From NCBI GenBank assembly GCA_963803975.1, contig CAWDOY010000003.1:288001-352000 (forward strand): a DNA stretch of 64,000 bases. The letters are read 5' to 3'. Below, piece by piece: positions 52,991 through 63,296 of the stretch (the first letter of the stretch is position 1; the number at the start of each line of letters is the position of its first letter). The notes beneath the pieces are model-generated. The model worked only from the letters and a program-made list of their open reading frames with translations. It searched no databases and had not been told where the DNA came from. The DNA comes from an uncultured delta proteobacterium (GTDB lineage: Bacteria > Desulfobacterota > WTBG01 > CAIYCZ01). A program made the position numbers and the translations under genes.

Positions 52991-53144
52991 TAAACTACCC
53001 CGCCGCAAGCGGACGGGGTATTGAAGGCATTTCGTCATGCCGGACTTGATCCGGCATCCAGTTTGCTTTTTTTCTGGATTCCGGCTTTCGCCGGAATGAC
53101 TGGATGCGCGGCAAGCCGCGGGGTATTGAACCCGAAGTGAATAA
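52991..53144. mobile_element. IS200/IS605-derived non-autonomous (PATE-like) element with a nested REP doublet
   Basis: Hairpins TACCCCGCCGCAAGCGGACGGGGTA and GCGGCAAGCCGCGGGGTATT flank GTCATGCCGGACTTGATCCGGCATCCAG..CTGGATTCCGGCTTTCGCCGGAATGAC. Confidence 0.65.
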
Positions 53145-53303
53145 GAAGCCCTTGACACGGAAAACCGTTCTATTGTATTTTGATTATAAAACTCCTGTTG
53201 CTGCGCTTCAAGTGAAAAACTGATTATGTGTTTGCGCTGCAGCCTCATCTGCGGAAAGACCCCTCAGATTGCCGCTGTGCCGGAAAAATTGCAATTATTG
53301 ATA

Positions 53304-53393
53304 ATTGACAGGAACTCGCTTTCGGATGAAGGAAGTATAGGCAGGTGATGATTGTGTGTCAATAAAGAATCCGTCGCAAGATATGGGCAGAGG
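53304..53393 (-). promoter_or_regulatory. Dispersed promoter-bearing repeat copy 3
   Basis: 18 mismatches in 90 bp, ungapped, versus 985-1074; TTGACA-N17-TATACT. Confidence 0.8.
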
Positions 53394-53509
53394 GAGCCAC
53401 CATTAACAATTATTAAAAAGGTTAGCCCTGATTCATATCAGTAGCTAACCTTTTTAATATAAAATCTGCCTCATATCGAAGATGCTTCTTCAGCTTAGCC
53501 GATCACAAA
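53392..53509 (+). repeat. Direct repeat R
   Basis: GGGAGCCACCA (degenerate tRNA end) + terminator + true GGDEF 3' end. Confidence 0.9.
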
Positions 53510-54536
53510 AAACAGTAGATCTGTTCTTACCCTGTGCTTTACTGCTCAATAAAGCCTTGTCTGCCAGTCTAATCAATTCGTTCATCTCTAAGCCATGATC
53601 AGGATAGCTTGCATAACCGATACTTACCGTTATCTCAACTTGTTCGCCATCACCAGTAAACGGCGTGCTTTCCATTTTCTTTCTCAACCGCTCTCCGGCA
53701 ATTAAAGCATTTTCAGTGGTTGTTTCGGGAAGTAAAACAATGAATTCATCGCCGCCGTAGCGGGCAACTATGTCAGTGATGCGCAAATTTGAAACAATCG
53801 TTTCTGAAATGTTTTTAATCAGCCTGTCGCCTGCCGGATGGCCGAACCGGTCATTTATCGACTTGAGGTTATCCGCGTCTATAATCATTATAGTAAAATA
53901 ATGGTTAAACCGGTGAGCCCGCATAATTTCCTGTCCCATGAGGATCATAAAAATCCGCATATTATACAGCCCGGTGAGATAATCAGTCTGAGAGAGCTCT
54001 TCAATTTTTTCTTTTGCCCCGGCATTTTCTTTTGAGAGCTTTATCGTAACATATGCCGTAAGCCAGAACGGAAACAGCTGAATAAACGGGCCGCTGAGCT
54101 GAATCAGCGTGAGCTTTGATATCATGGAGGGCGTAAAGCTCAACAAAAAGCAGATGGCTGATATGAGCCCAACTTCAAGGAAGGCAACAACTTCTCCAAG
54201 CGTTGAACATGCAGTTATAATAACCAATAAATAAAGGCTTAAAAGCGGGCTTTCAATTTTCCCGGTGTTCCATAGTATGAAACTGATAAATGCTATCATC
54301 GCCCAGGTATCAATGGTCAGTTTCGATTTGCTGATTATAGAATCAAGCCCGATATAATGAGACATGATAATGAATAAGGTGAAGCACCCCAGTGCAATGA
54401 GCACACCCGGATTCTCCTGGAGTGAGAAGTCGGATATCTCTATATAGAGGATTACCAGCGTTACCAGAAGCCATTCAATTTCTGCGACTCGTTTATTCAA
54501 TCCCTTGAGCTCTTCTATTTTAATGCTTATTATCAT
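53490..54536 (-). CDS. Membrane diguanylate cyclase
   Basis: TM N-terminus; DYLTGLYN, RITD I-site, RYGGDEF. Confidence 0.92.
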   Translation of the reverse strand: MIISIKIEELKGLNKRVAEIEWLLVTLVILYIEISDFSLQENPGVLIALGCFTLFIIMSHYIGLDSIISKSKLTIDTWAMIAFISFILWNTGKIESPLLSLYLLVIITACSTLGEVVAFLEVGLISAICFLLSFTPSMISKLTLIQLSGPFIQLFPFWLTAYVTIKLSKENAGAKEKIEELSQTDYLTGLYNMRIFMILMGQEIMRAHRFNHYFTIMIIDADNLKSINDRFGHPAGDRLIKNISETIVSNLRITDIVARYGGDEFIVLLPETTTENALIAGERLRKKMESTPFTGDGEQVEITVSIGYASYPDHGLEMNELIRLADKALLSSKAQGKNRSTVFCDRLS

Positions 54537-54582
54537 GCATGGACAAAGGCTTGATCATGATTGCACTCCTTATGGGTTTTGT

Positions 54583-56004
54583 TTACAAGCTTATATCGTA
54601 GCTGCTTTCCTTGCGGGCCATGCGGCTGTGCTTAATACCGTAGAAAAAATATATAAACAAGCCGATAATAAGCCACAAAGCAAACCGAATCCAGGTAATC
54701 TGGGGCAATGACAGCATCAATCCGGTACAAAAGCTGATTCCTAACAAAGGGATTAATGGCACTAACGGGCAGCGGAACGGGCGTTTCAAATCAGGGTGCG
54801 TCCTGCGTAAAATTGCAATCCCTCCGCATACAATGCAGAAAGCAAACAGCGTCCCGATGTTGCAGAGTTCTGCTGCTGTGCCGATATCAAGAAAACCTGC
54901 AAAAGCCGCCACAACTGCACCGGTTATCAGTTGCGCTATATACGGGGTTCTGAAGCGCGGGTGGACTTTTGAAATCCAGGGCCATAACAGACCATCACGT
55001 GACATCGAAAAGAATACCCGCGGCATACCCAGCAGCATTACCAGAAGGACGCTCGTTATGCCTGCCACAGCCCCAACCGAAACAAGCGCTGAACCCCATC
55101 TGAATCCTAACAGATTAAGGGCATGTGCAACCGGTGCCGGATGATTGAGCTCCTTGTATGAAACCATCCCGGTTAAAATTGCTGCTACCAGAATATATAA
55201 AACAGTGCATATAGTCAGGGAAAGAATAATCCCGATGGGCATGTTTCGCTGCGGATTTTTAGTTTCTTCAGCAGCAGTTGAAATTGCATCAAAACCAATA
55301 TAGGCAAAAAATATAATAGCAGCCGCAGTCATAACACCTTTAAAGCCGAAGGGTAAAAAGGGAACCCAGTTAACCGGCTTGATGTTGAAACAGCCGACAG
55401 CTATAAAAATTACTACTGTTATGAGTTTAACGAAAACCATGATGCTGGTAAAACGGGCGCTCTCTTTGATACCGACGATAAGTATGGCCGTTAAAAAAAG
55501 CACCACCAGCATTGCCGGAAGGTTGATCAAAGCTCCCGGTACCGTGCCTGGCGCATTTGAGCACCAGACCGGGATGGTTATGCCGATTGCCTGCATGATA
55601 TTGACAAAATATCCCGACCACCCTATTGCTACGGCAATTGACGCCACAATATATTCCAGAATCAAATCCCAGCCGATAATCCAGGCAATCATCTCGCCCA
55701 TCGTGGCATAGGCATAATTATAGGCGCTTCCAGCTACCGGCATTAAGGAAGCAAATTCCGCGTAGCAGAATGCGGTAAAAAAACAGGCACCGGCGGAAAT
55801 ACACAGGGAAAGAATAATGCCAGGGCCGGCAAAGCGCGCAGCTGCAGTGCCGGTCAGCACAAATATGCCGACACCGATAATCGCCCCTATCCCCAGTATG
55901 GTTAGATCAAATGCGTTAAGGGAGCGCTGCAGACGGTGCTGCTCCATATCTATCTCTTCTAACAGATGCTGAAATACTTTGCGCCTGAATAATCTTTTAA
56001 CCAT
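54583..56004 (-). CDS. APC-family amino acid permease
   Basis: GIGAIIGVGIF, YAEFAS..PVAGSAY, FFAYIGFD, AEETKNP. Confidence 0.93.
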   Translation of the reverse strand: MVKRLFRRKVFQHLLEEIDMEQHRLQRSLNAFDLTILGIGAIIGVGIFVLTGTAAARFAGPGIILSLCISAGACFFTAFCYAEFASLMPVAGSAYNYAYATMGEMIAWIIGWDLILEYIVASIAVAIGWSGYFVNIMQAIGITIPVWCSNAPGTVPGALINLPAMLVVLFLTAILIVGIKESARFTSIMVFVKLITVVIFIAVGCFNIKPVNWVPFLPFGFKGVMTAAAIIFFAYIGFDAISTAAEETKNPQRNMPIGIILSLTICTVLYILVAAILTGMVSYKELNHPAPVAHALNLLGFRWGSALVSVGAVAGITSVLLVMLLGMPRVFFSMSRDGLLWPWISKVHPRFRTPYIAQLITGAVVAAFAGFLDIGTAAELCNIGTLFAFCIVCGGIAILRRTHPDLKRPFRCPLVPLIPLLGISFCTGLMLSLPQITWIRFALWLIIGLFIYFFYGIKHSRMARKESSYDISL

Positions 56005-56115
56005 ATTGATCCGTTTTGATTACAATGCTGTGATGCAAAACAGTATATTATTTTTACTCTATTGCCAATATATTTTGGCTTGCTTAATCAAAGAACAGGG
56101 GGCATGCAGCGCTTT

Positions 56116-57078
56116 TCAGGAAGGGTTTGAAAAGGAGGGGTTCTGAACAATGGATAAAAAGATGTCAGCTATGCGCGGGTCAAATGCTTTACCCTTCATA
56201 GAGGTCATAATCTCAATTGCCTTATCAACGCTGTACCCTTTTCGATACGGCCTATCGGATGTAAGCGCATCATACACATCAGCTATCGATACGATGCGGG
56301 CTTCAAGCGGTATTACGTCCCCCTGCAGTCCGTAGGGGTATCCGCTGCCGTCAAATGCTTCGTGATGATGGAGAATGATATTTACAATGATCGGATGCAG
56401 CAGGGCCCGTTTTGCCACGTCAGCTCCCCATTCCGGGTGTTTCTTGACAATTTTCATTTCCTGTTCATTGAGCTTGCCGGGATAATTAAGAATCGCCTCG
56501 GGAACGCCTATCTTTCCGCAATCATGAAGCCAGCTGCCATACTTGATCTCCTTTTTTATTTCTTCCTCCAGCCCCAGGTGATCGGCAATCAGAATGGCAT
56601 ATTTGGCAACACTGTCGCAGTGTCCGCGCGTATAGGGGTCTTTAAGCTCGATAGTCTGGGCAAGAGAGATAAGGGTTGCTTCATCACCTTTTTTCAGTGC
56701 ATGAATCATTTCGTAGTGGGTTACTGCATCCTCAACCGTCTTTATGAGATCGTCGTTCTTCCAGGGCTTGAGTATAAACCGGAAAACTCCGCCGGTATTT
56801 ATGGCATCCACTGCAGTCTGGAAGTCAGCAAAACCCGTCATGAGGATTTTCGCGGTATCAGGGGAAATGTCCTTTACCTGTGACAGAAACTCAATGCCGC
56901 TCATGCCCGGCATTTTCTGATCAGATACAATTACTGCTATGTCTTCCTGCTTGATGCGTTCAAGCGCAGAGCGCGGATTTGATTCGGTGACCACCTTAAA
57001 ATTCTTTTCACCGAATATAGTCTTCATGCACTCAAGTATGATTTCTTCATCATCAACAAACATCACTGTTGCTGGCAT
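56116..57078 (-). CDS. Response regulator with HD-GYP phosphodiesterase domain
   Basis: REC (FVDDE, SDQKMP, KPW); LHDCGK; HHEAFDGSGYP. Confidence 0.93.
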   Translation of the reverse strand: MPATVMFVDDEEIILECMKTIFGEKNFKVVTESNPRSALERIKQEDIAVIVSDQKMPGMSGIEFLSQVKDISPDTAKILMTGFADFQTAVDAINTGGVFRFILKPWKNDDLIKTVEDAVTHYEMIHALKKGDEATLISLAQTIELKDPYTRGHCDSVAKYAILIADHLGLEEEIKKEIKYGSWLHDCGKIGVPEAILNYPGKLNEQEMKIVKKHPEWGADVAKRALLHPIIVNIILHHHEAFDGSGYPYGLQGDVIPLEARIVSIADVYDALTSDRPYRKGYSVDKAIEIMTSMKGKAFDPRIADIFLSIVQNPSFSNPS

Positions 57079-57203
57079 AATGTAATCCCTGGATTATTTG
57101 CCGTTCTGTGTAACTATAGAATTTTCAAAAACTCCTATTAAAGCATGAGAAAACATATCGGCTACAGCAAAAGGATAGTTTAAAGTAAGTTCAAAATAAT
57201 GCA

Positions 57204-58193
57204 TTATAATTTTAATTCCCAGAAAGGAACCATCTGCTGAAACTCATATAATGAACCCATAGCAATATTTTGTGTTGCTACGCCTGACTCCTCTATTGCA
57301 GCCAAAGGGTTCAGCCCGCCCGCCACAACCATACCCGCCCTTCCCTCTGCTACCGGTATATCGAGAAGTGGCTGACCCGGCCTGCCAACAAGCAGTATCC
57401 CTCCTAAACCGATTTTATCCATTTTTTTACGTAATTTTTCTACAAAAGGGATAGCCACGGACGGTACTTCACGGAAGCTTGCGCCTATCCTGCCATTACC
57501 GGTAAGTACCGCCTGATTGACGCTCGTCATGCCACCCTTGATGAAAACCTCAAGCGGGTCAATAGAAGATCCATCATAGTTGATGATTTCAGTAAATCTA
57601 ACCGGCCGCCCCTTATTCAGTTCAAGCAGACCGCCAAAGCGTGATGTTATATGAATTCCCTCATGGAGAAAAATACCATTAATGGTGACGCTGCAAGCGG
57701 TACCTATACCAACCTTGCCCTCTTCTATTATATTTTTCCCGAGCTTTTCTCCCGGATTGATAATAGCAGCATATCTGCCCATGCCTAAGCCGGCACGAAA
57801 GACCTGCTGCAATTGAGGAATTGCTTTTTTCAGATCTCTCTTGTCTATGGTTGATACATTAAGAATAATTTTGCCGCTTTGCTTTCGCAGAGAAAAGTCC
57901 ATCTGATAGGTCAGATTATCAATTTTAGATGCGACAAAACCAACCTTATTAATTACAAAAGATGATTTAAGTTCTTCCTCACCCTTGGGCGTAATGATTC
58001 TGCCCTTTTTACCAAAGCCCTGCGTAAGCCCGTCCTTATCTGTTCTGCTTAAATAATGCCGTACTGTTCTCTGACTGAGTTCAACTCCGGCATCCTGTAA
58101 TTTTTGCGCTATCTTGGTACTCCCCAGATGCTTACCGGCATCATAGAGAATATTTAAAATTAAAATGATTTTTTTCCGCGATGACGCATCCAT
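57204..58193 (-). CDS. nrpR: NrpR-family nitrogen regulator (wHTH + NRD/DUF128)
   Basis: LSQRTVRHYL..GRIITPKG.EEL; TACSVTINGI, YDGSSIDPLEVF, ASFREVP, GGLNPLAA. Confidence 0.85.
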   Translation of the reverse strand: MDASSRKKIILILNILYDAGKHLGSTKIAQKLQDAGVELSQRTVRHYLSRTDKDGLTQGFGKKGRIITPKGEEELKSSFVINKVGFVASKIDNLTYQMDFSLRKQSGKIILNVSTIDKRDLKKAIPQLQQVFRAGLGMGRYAAIINPGEKLGKNIIEEGKVGIGTACSVTINGIFLHEGIHITSRFGGLLELNKGRPVRFTEIINYDGSSIDPLEVFIKGGMTSVNQAVLTGNGRIGASFREVPSVAIPFVEKLRKKMDKIGLGGILLVGRPGQPLLDIPVAEGRAGMVVAGGLNPLAAIEESGVATQNIAMGSLYEFQQMVPFWELKL

Positions 58194-58263
58194 CCCTATT
58201 TCCTCTAATGCTGTTTTGTCACTGAAATAATACCGTTATATTATTTGTTGTCAATATTTTATA

Positions 58264-58277
58264 CGGTCATTTTGCCG
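58264..58277 (-). promoter_or_regulatory. Candidate NrpR operator 1 (CGGCAAAATGACCG)
   Basis: GC-rich imperfect palindrome in an AT-rich divergent intergenic region; repeated at 58401. Confidence 0.5.
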
Positions 58278-58400
58278 TAATAATAAATAATATTTCCTAT
58301 TAATTAAATCATCGTAAATGCTTTTCCGGAAAAAAGAAGAAAGCTGAATTTATAGAAAGAAATAGTTACCGTTATTATAATTCATAATTACATATCATAT

Positions 58401-58414
58401 CGGCCATATGACCG
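58401..58414 (+). promoter_or_regulatory. Candidate NrpR operator 2 (CGGCCATATGACCG)
   Basis: 12/14 match to operator 1. Confidence 0.5.
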
Positions 58415-58632
58415 CTTTATAATATAATTTATAAATGGTATTTTGCCTTATAAGTAAATTCTGCATGTCAATGGAGTGTTGCTATTTTGAAATGTATTTA
58501 CAATGTATTATGAAATTAAAATGCTTATATTGTTGACATATAATTTTCACGATGCTATTTTGCAAAACCACGATATGATGGCAATTGATTGCCGCATTAA
58601 TATTTCTTATTATTATCTCAAAGGAGAGAATC

Positions 58633-60222
58633 ATGAACCTACAACAACCAAATGCTAATGAAGCAACCCAGACTTCTAATCGGTCGCGCAGTGTAGTCCC
58701 CGGCTCAGGAATATGCACGCGGTGCATTGATGGCTGCAGAGGAAATTGCGAAGTTTTTAAAGCTACGTTCAGAGGACGAGAATTAATCTATCCCGGACCG
58801 TTTGGCACGGTTACGGCAGGCGCAGATAAAAATTATCCGGTGGACTATTCCCATATAAACATTCAGGGATATGCCCTTGGTGCTGAGGGACTTCCTGAAG
58901 GCACGCCCGCTGATCCGGATCATGCAACATTTCCTGCCGTTAATACCGAGACAGAGTTTGGCTTTAAAAATAAGATTAAGATGAAGGTCCCGGTATTCAC
59001 CGGAGCCCTCGGCTCAACAGAAATCGCGCGGGCAAACTGGGAACACTTTGCAGTGGGTGCTGCCATATCGGGTGTTTCTTTAATATGCGGTGAAAATGTG
59101 TGCGGTATTGATCCAAAACTTCAGCTCAATAACAAGGGGAAAGTTGTTGAGTCGCCTGAGCTGCGCCGCAGAGTTGAGAGTTACCGCAAGTTTTATGAAG
59201 GGTACGGCGATATCCATGTGCAGATGAACGTAGAAGACACAAAATTTGGCGTGGCAGAATATGCGGTAGAAAAACTCGGTGTTGAAAGCATGGAGCTTAA
59301 ATGGGGCCAGGGAGCAAAATGTATTGGCGGTGAAATCAAAGTTAATACTCTTGAACGGGCACTGGAACTGCAGAAGCGCGGTTATATTGTTACCCCTGAT
59401 CCATCCCTTGAAGCCAACCAGGCTGCTTTCAGGGATGGCGCACTCAAGCAGTTTGAACGTCACTCACGACTGGGCTTTATCGACCATGAAGGTTTTTTGA
59501 AAGAAGTAGAACGGCTGCGCAGCCTGGGAGCCAAGCGGGTCACCCTGAAAACCGGCGCCTATCCAATGCGTGAGCTTGCCATGGCAATTAAGTGGAGTTC
59601 AGAGGCAAAGATTGACCTGCTCACCATAGATGGTGCGCCGGGTGGAACAGGCATGAGCCCCTGGAGAATGATGGAAGAGTGGGGTGTTCCCACGTTTTAT
59701 CTCCAGTCCATGACCTATGAACTCTGCCAGAAGCTTGCGGCAAAAGGCGAATATGTACCTGATATAGCAATCGGCGGCGGATTTTCTGCTGAAGATCATA
59801 TTTTTAAAGTCCTTGCAATGGGTGCTCCTTACACCAAAGCTACCTGTTTTGGACGCGCGCTCATGATTCCGGGCATGGTTGGTAAAAACATGGAGCAATG
59901 GCTCAAAGAGAAGGATCTTCCCAAAACTGTTTCCGAATTCGGTAAATCCGTTGAAGAAATTTTTATCTGCTACGAGACGCTGAAAGCCAGATACGGCAAT
60001 CAAATTAAAGAAATCCCTCTTGGTGCTATTGGTATCTATTCCTATACTGATAAGCTGAAGGTTGGCTTGCAGCAGCTCATGGCCGGCAGCAGAAATTTCC
60101 GTCTTTCCACGATTTCCAGAAAAGATCTTATGTCTCTCACTGAAGAGGCTACCAAGGTATCCGGCATCCCGTATGTGATGGATGCGTTTCGCGAGGAAGC
60201 AGAAAAAGTGATGGCGGGCTAA
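58633..60222 (+). CDS. Stand-alone FMN-binding glutamate synthase family protein
   Basis: CTRCIDGC..C, TGALGST, ELKWGQGAK.IGGE, IDGAPGGTG, GLQQLMAG; AAGGAG RBS. Confidence 0.88.
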   Translation: MNLQQPNANEATQTSNRSRSVVPGSGICTRCIDGCRGNCEVFKATFRGRELIYPGPFGTVTAGADKNYPVDYSHINIQGYALGAEGLPEGTPADPDHATFPAVNTETEFGFKNKIKMKVPVFTGALGSTEIARANWEHFAVGAAISGVSLICGENVCGIDPKLQLNNKGKVVESPELRRRVESYRKFYEGYGDIHVQMNVEDTKFGVAEYAVEKLGVESMELKWGQGAKCIGGEIKVNTLERALELQKRGYIVTPDPSLEANQAAFRDGALKQFERHSRLGFIDHEGFLKEVERLRSLGAKRVTLKTGAYPMRELAMAIKWSSEAKIDLLTIDGAPGGTGMSPWRMMEEWGVPTFYLQSMTYELCQKLAAKGEYVPDIAIGGGFSAEDHIFKVLAMGAPYTKATCFGRALMIPGMVGKNMEQWLKEKDLPKTVSEFGKSVEEIFICYETLKARYGNQIKEIPLGAIGIYSYTDKLKVGLQQLMAGSRNFRLSTISRKDLMSLTEEATKVSGIPYVMDAFREEAEKVMAG

Positions 60223-60236
60223 TGTGAAATAGGCCC

Positions 60237-60271
60237 AAAAAAGGGGAAGGCTCAGAGCCTTCCCCTTTTTT
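60237..60271. terminator. Bidirectional terminator
   Basis: AAAAAAGGGGAAGGCT-CAG-AGCCTTCCCCTTTTTT between convergent genes. Confidence 0.88.
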
Positions 60272-60273
60272 GT

Positions 60274-61035
60274 TCATACTCTGATAACATAGCTTCCTGC
60301 AATCTTATCGTGCCACCCCCGCTTTTCCCTGCTGAAAGCAACCCAGATAAACCCGGCATAAAGAAAAAAGCGGGAAACCAGATAACCCAGCCATCTGATA
60401 AACGCTCTTTTAAACCCGAGCAATTCTCCGCTCTCATTCACCACCTTGAGACCGCAAATCCACTTTCCTATGGTCTGGCCGGTGACTGCATGGCAGTAGG
60501 TAAAGTAGAATGACTCAATAACCGTGCTGGCAATTATATAGGGGGTAAAGAGCAATCTCAGCAGTTCCAGGGTATCTGCCTTGCCAATATCAAGAGCAGA
60601 TGATTGCAGGAAGATAAAGCCGGCAAATAATAATGCCAGGGTTATGCAGTATACGATGGTACAGTCAATCGTGTAGGCAAGCAGACGTAATAAAAAGCCT
60701 CCTTTTGCTGCCGTCAGGCAGGGACCGGGGACGGCCGGCACATTGGTGGCAGAAAAATGTTTATCCAGTTCAGCAGCAGCCCCAGCCCCGGGGTTAACAT
60801 GCGACTGCTTATCAACAGCACTCCCCTCTATGGCTTCAAGTTCCCTTTTAATTGTTTTTATTGTCTCACGCCATTGCGGGGGCAGAAAAGATTCGCCTTC
60901 TGGTTCGCGGGGTGCCGCTGTCCGGTCGTTGCTTATAAGATTATCAGGGGTCTTTGTTTCCTTTAACTGCGCGCCGCATTTTTTACACTGTATAAGATCA
61001 TCAAAGCTGATAAACCCGCATTTCGGACATTTCAT
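60274..61035 (-). CDS. RDD family membrane protein with an N-terminal zinc ribbon
   Basis: MKCPKCG..CKKCG; RLLAYTID, GQTIGK, GWHDKIAG. Confidence 0.88.
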   Translation of the reverse strand: MKCPKCGFISFDDLIQCKKCGAQLKETKTPDNLISNDRTAAPREPEGESFLPPQWRETIKTIKRELEAIEGSAVDKQSHVNPGAGAAAELDKHFSATNVPAVPGPCLTAAKGGFLLRLLAYTIDCTIVYCITLALLFAGFIFLQSSALDIGKADTLELLRLLFTPYIIASTVIESFYFTYCHAVTGQTIGKWICGLKVVNESGELLGFKRAFIRWLGYLVSRFFLYAGFIWVAFSREKRGWHDKIAGSYVIRV

Positions 61036-61082
61036 GAGTATGCTCCATGAGTACAAAAAGACACCTGTGGACGACTCCACGC

Positions 61083-61823
61083 TCAACCAAAGTCCCCTGC
61101 TTCATACCTCATTACTGATAATACTGCCATACTGACCGTTTCGGTCCGCAATATAGCGTCACCCAGGGAAACAGGGCTGAACCCGCGCTCACGTGCAAAC
61201 GCCACTTCTTCAGCGTCAAAGCCGCCTTCAGGACCGACCAGAAAAATAACATTTTTTAGAGCAGGGGAAGTTTTAAGGACGTGCCGCAACCTTAATGCGT
61301 TTTCCTCTTCCCACAGTATAATTTTCAGATAACCGTCAAAATTCCTCATCGCAAGGCTTTTAAAAGTATCAACTTTTTCTACAGCCGGTATGTGCCGCAT
61401 GCCTGACTGTTTTGCAGATTCGAGCGCGATCTTCTGCCAGTGATTGACCCTGTCATAAGCCTTTTTCTCATCATAGCGCACACTAGTCCGCAGCGAACTA
61501 AACGGAATGATTCGGGATACGCCAAGTTCGGTGCTCTTCTGGACAATGAGATCCATCTTCATACCTTTTGCAAGGGCCTGCCCAAGAATAATATTTGCAT
61601 CCTGCCGTTCAAGTGCCATACAGCGATCATCAATTCGCACCTGTACCTGTTTATTATCTTTTTTGATAATCGTTCCGGTATAGATGGTTCCGTTGCAATC
61701 AAAAAGAGTTATGGAATCATGCTCCCGAAGCCTCAGCACTTTTCCAATGTGTCTTGCTTCGCTACCCTCTATGATGACCGTGTTATTATGTATAGATTCT
61801 TTTTCAATATAAAATCGCGGCAT
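61083..61823 (-). CDS. rsmE: 16S rRNA m3U1498 methyltransferase
   Basis: HIGKVLRL, KSTELGV, VGPEGGF, ILRTET. Confidence 0.95.
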   Translation of the reverse strand: MPRFYIEKESIHNNTVIIEGSEARHIGKVLRLREHDSITLFDCNGTIYTGTIIKKDNKQVQVRIDDRCMALERQDANIILGQALAKGMKMDLIVQKSTELGVSRIIPFSSLRTSVRYDEKKAYDRVNHWQKIALESAKQSGMRHIPAVEKVDTFKSLAMRNFDGYLKIILWEEENALRLRHVLKTSPALKNVIFLVGPEGGFDAEEVAFARERGFSPVSLGDAILRTETVSMAVLSVMRYEAGDFG

Positions 61824-62090
61824 ATAATAAAAAAGGCGTTGCCAGAGGTTACCTGACGGTAAGGGCACACATTATACCGGCGCCGTGACGCAAGCTACTA
61901 AGAATAGTGTTGTGGCGTTAAAACCCCCTGCGCTCGTGCTCCACTGCTCTATCCTGTCCCTTCACTGCGGCCATGCCGCTTGTTGGTTTTCTATGCCTTA
62001 TTCTGGAAAAATTCCTGTCGCTTCTTTCATCTTTACTTATCATAATTTTGATGGTAAAAAAATTTGTTTATAAAGAAGGAAACTGTTGCT

Positions 62091-63215
62091 ATGCCAAGGC
62101 CAACGGTTGCTGAAATAGATTTAGCAGCCTTACGCTACAACTTTAATAAAGTCAAGGGATTAGCCGGCAGTGGAAGGAACGTTCTTGCAATTGTCAAGGC
62201 CAATGCCTATGGGCATGGTGCGGTCAATGTTGCACGGGAGCTTGAAAGGTGCGGTGTTGATTTTCTGGGTGTTGCTATATGTGAAGAGGCTGTTGAACTG
62301 AGAAGAGCAGGCATACGTTCCCCGGTCATGGTAATGGGCGGCGTTTATAACGGCCAGGCTGAAGATGTTGTTGCCTATCATATCATTCCGGTTCTTTTTG
62401 ATATCGAGACAGCTCTCAGCCTCAATGCGATAGCATCACACCATGGCCTGAGCCTGAAAGTCCATATAAAGCTTGATACCGGTATGGGAAGAATTGGCAT
62501 ACTGCCCGGTGACCTTGACAGCTTCATCGAGCGCTTGAGAACCTGCAAAAATCTGGTAGTTGACGGTCTTCTTACCCATCTCGCTGCGGCAGATACTTCA
62601 CCAGCATCTGCAGATGATTTTACCGTCAAGCAGATAAATACTTTTCGTGAGTTGTCCGCACGCATCAGGGACAAGGGGTTCTCTCCCACGTATCTGCATC
62701 TGGCTAACAGTGCAGCGATCATACGGCACCTGGAGCCTTCTTTTAACCTTATCCGGCCCGGCCTTATGCTCTATGGCATCAGCCCATCGCAGCATCTTAC
62801 CATTGAGCTGAAGCCGGTTATGGCCCTTAAAACAAAAATAGCAACACTTAAGAAAGTACCCGCCGGCTCAAGCATCAGCTACCGGAGGACATTTATCACT
62901 AACCGGGAAAGCCTGATAGCAACGCTTCCCATTGGCTATGCAGACGGATACAGCCGGCAGTTTTCCAACCGGGCCGCAGTGCTCATCCGCGGGCGCAGAG
63001 CCTCAGTCGCAGGTGTGGTATGCATGGACATGGTAATGATTGATGTCACTGATGTTGCGGACGTACAAATAAATGATGAGGTCATTCTTCTCGGCACCCA
63101 GGGAGATGAAACCATTGATTCACGTGAGCTTGCTGAAATTGCTCATTCTATCCCTTATGAAGTGCTGTGCGGCATAAGCAGCCGGGTGCCACGGGAGTAT
63201 GTTAACGGGATATAA
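62091..63215 (+). CDS. alr: Alanine racemase
   Basis: IVKANAYGHG, KLDTGMGRIG, IRPGLMLYG, IGYADG, VCMDM. Confidence 0.97.
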   Translation: MPRPTVAEIDLAALRYNFNKVKGLAGSGRNVLAIVKANAYGHGAVNVARELERCGVDFLGVAICEEAVELRRAGIRSPVMVMGGVYNGQAEDVVAYHIIPVLFDIETALSLNAIASHHGLSLKVHIKLDTGMGRIGILPGDLDSFIERLRTCKNLVVDGLLTHLAAADTSPASADDFTVKQINTFRELSARIRDKGFSPTYLHLANSAAIIRHLEPSFNLIRPGLMLYGISPSQHLTIELKPVMALKTKIATLKKVPAGSSISYRRTFITNRESLIATLPIGYADGYSRQFSNRAAVLIRGRRASVAGVVCMDMVMIDVTDVADVQINDEVILLGTQGDETIDSRELAEIAHSIPYEVLCGISSRVPREYVNGI

Positions 63216-63296
63216 ATGGTCCTGATCTTTAAAAATACGTTTTATACTTTTAAAACACGTTTAATAATCAATGGTAAGAAAGGAAGGAAATGGCGT

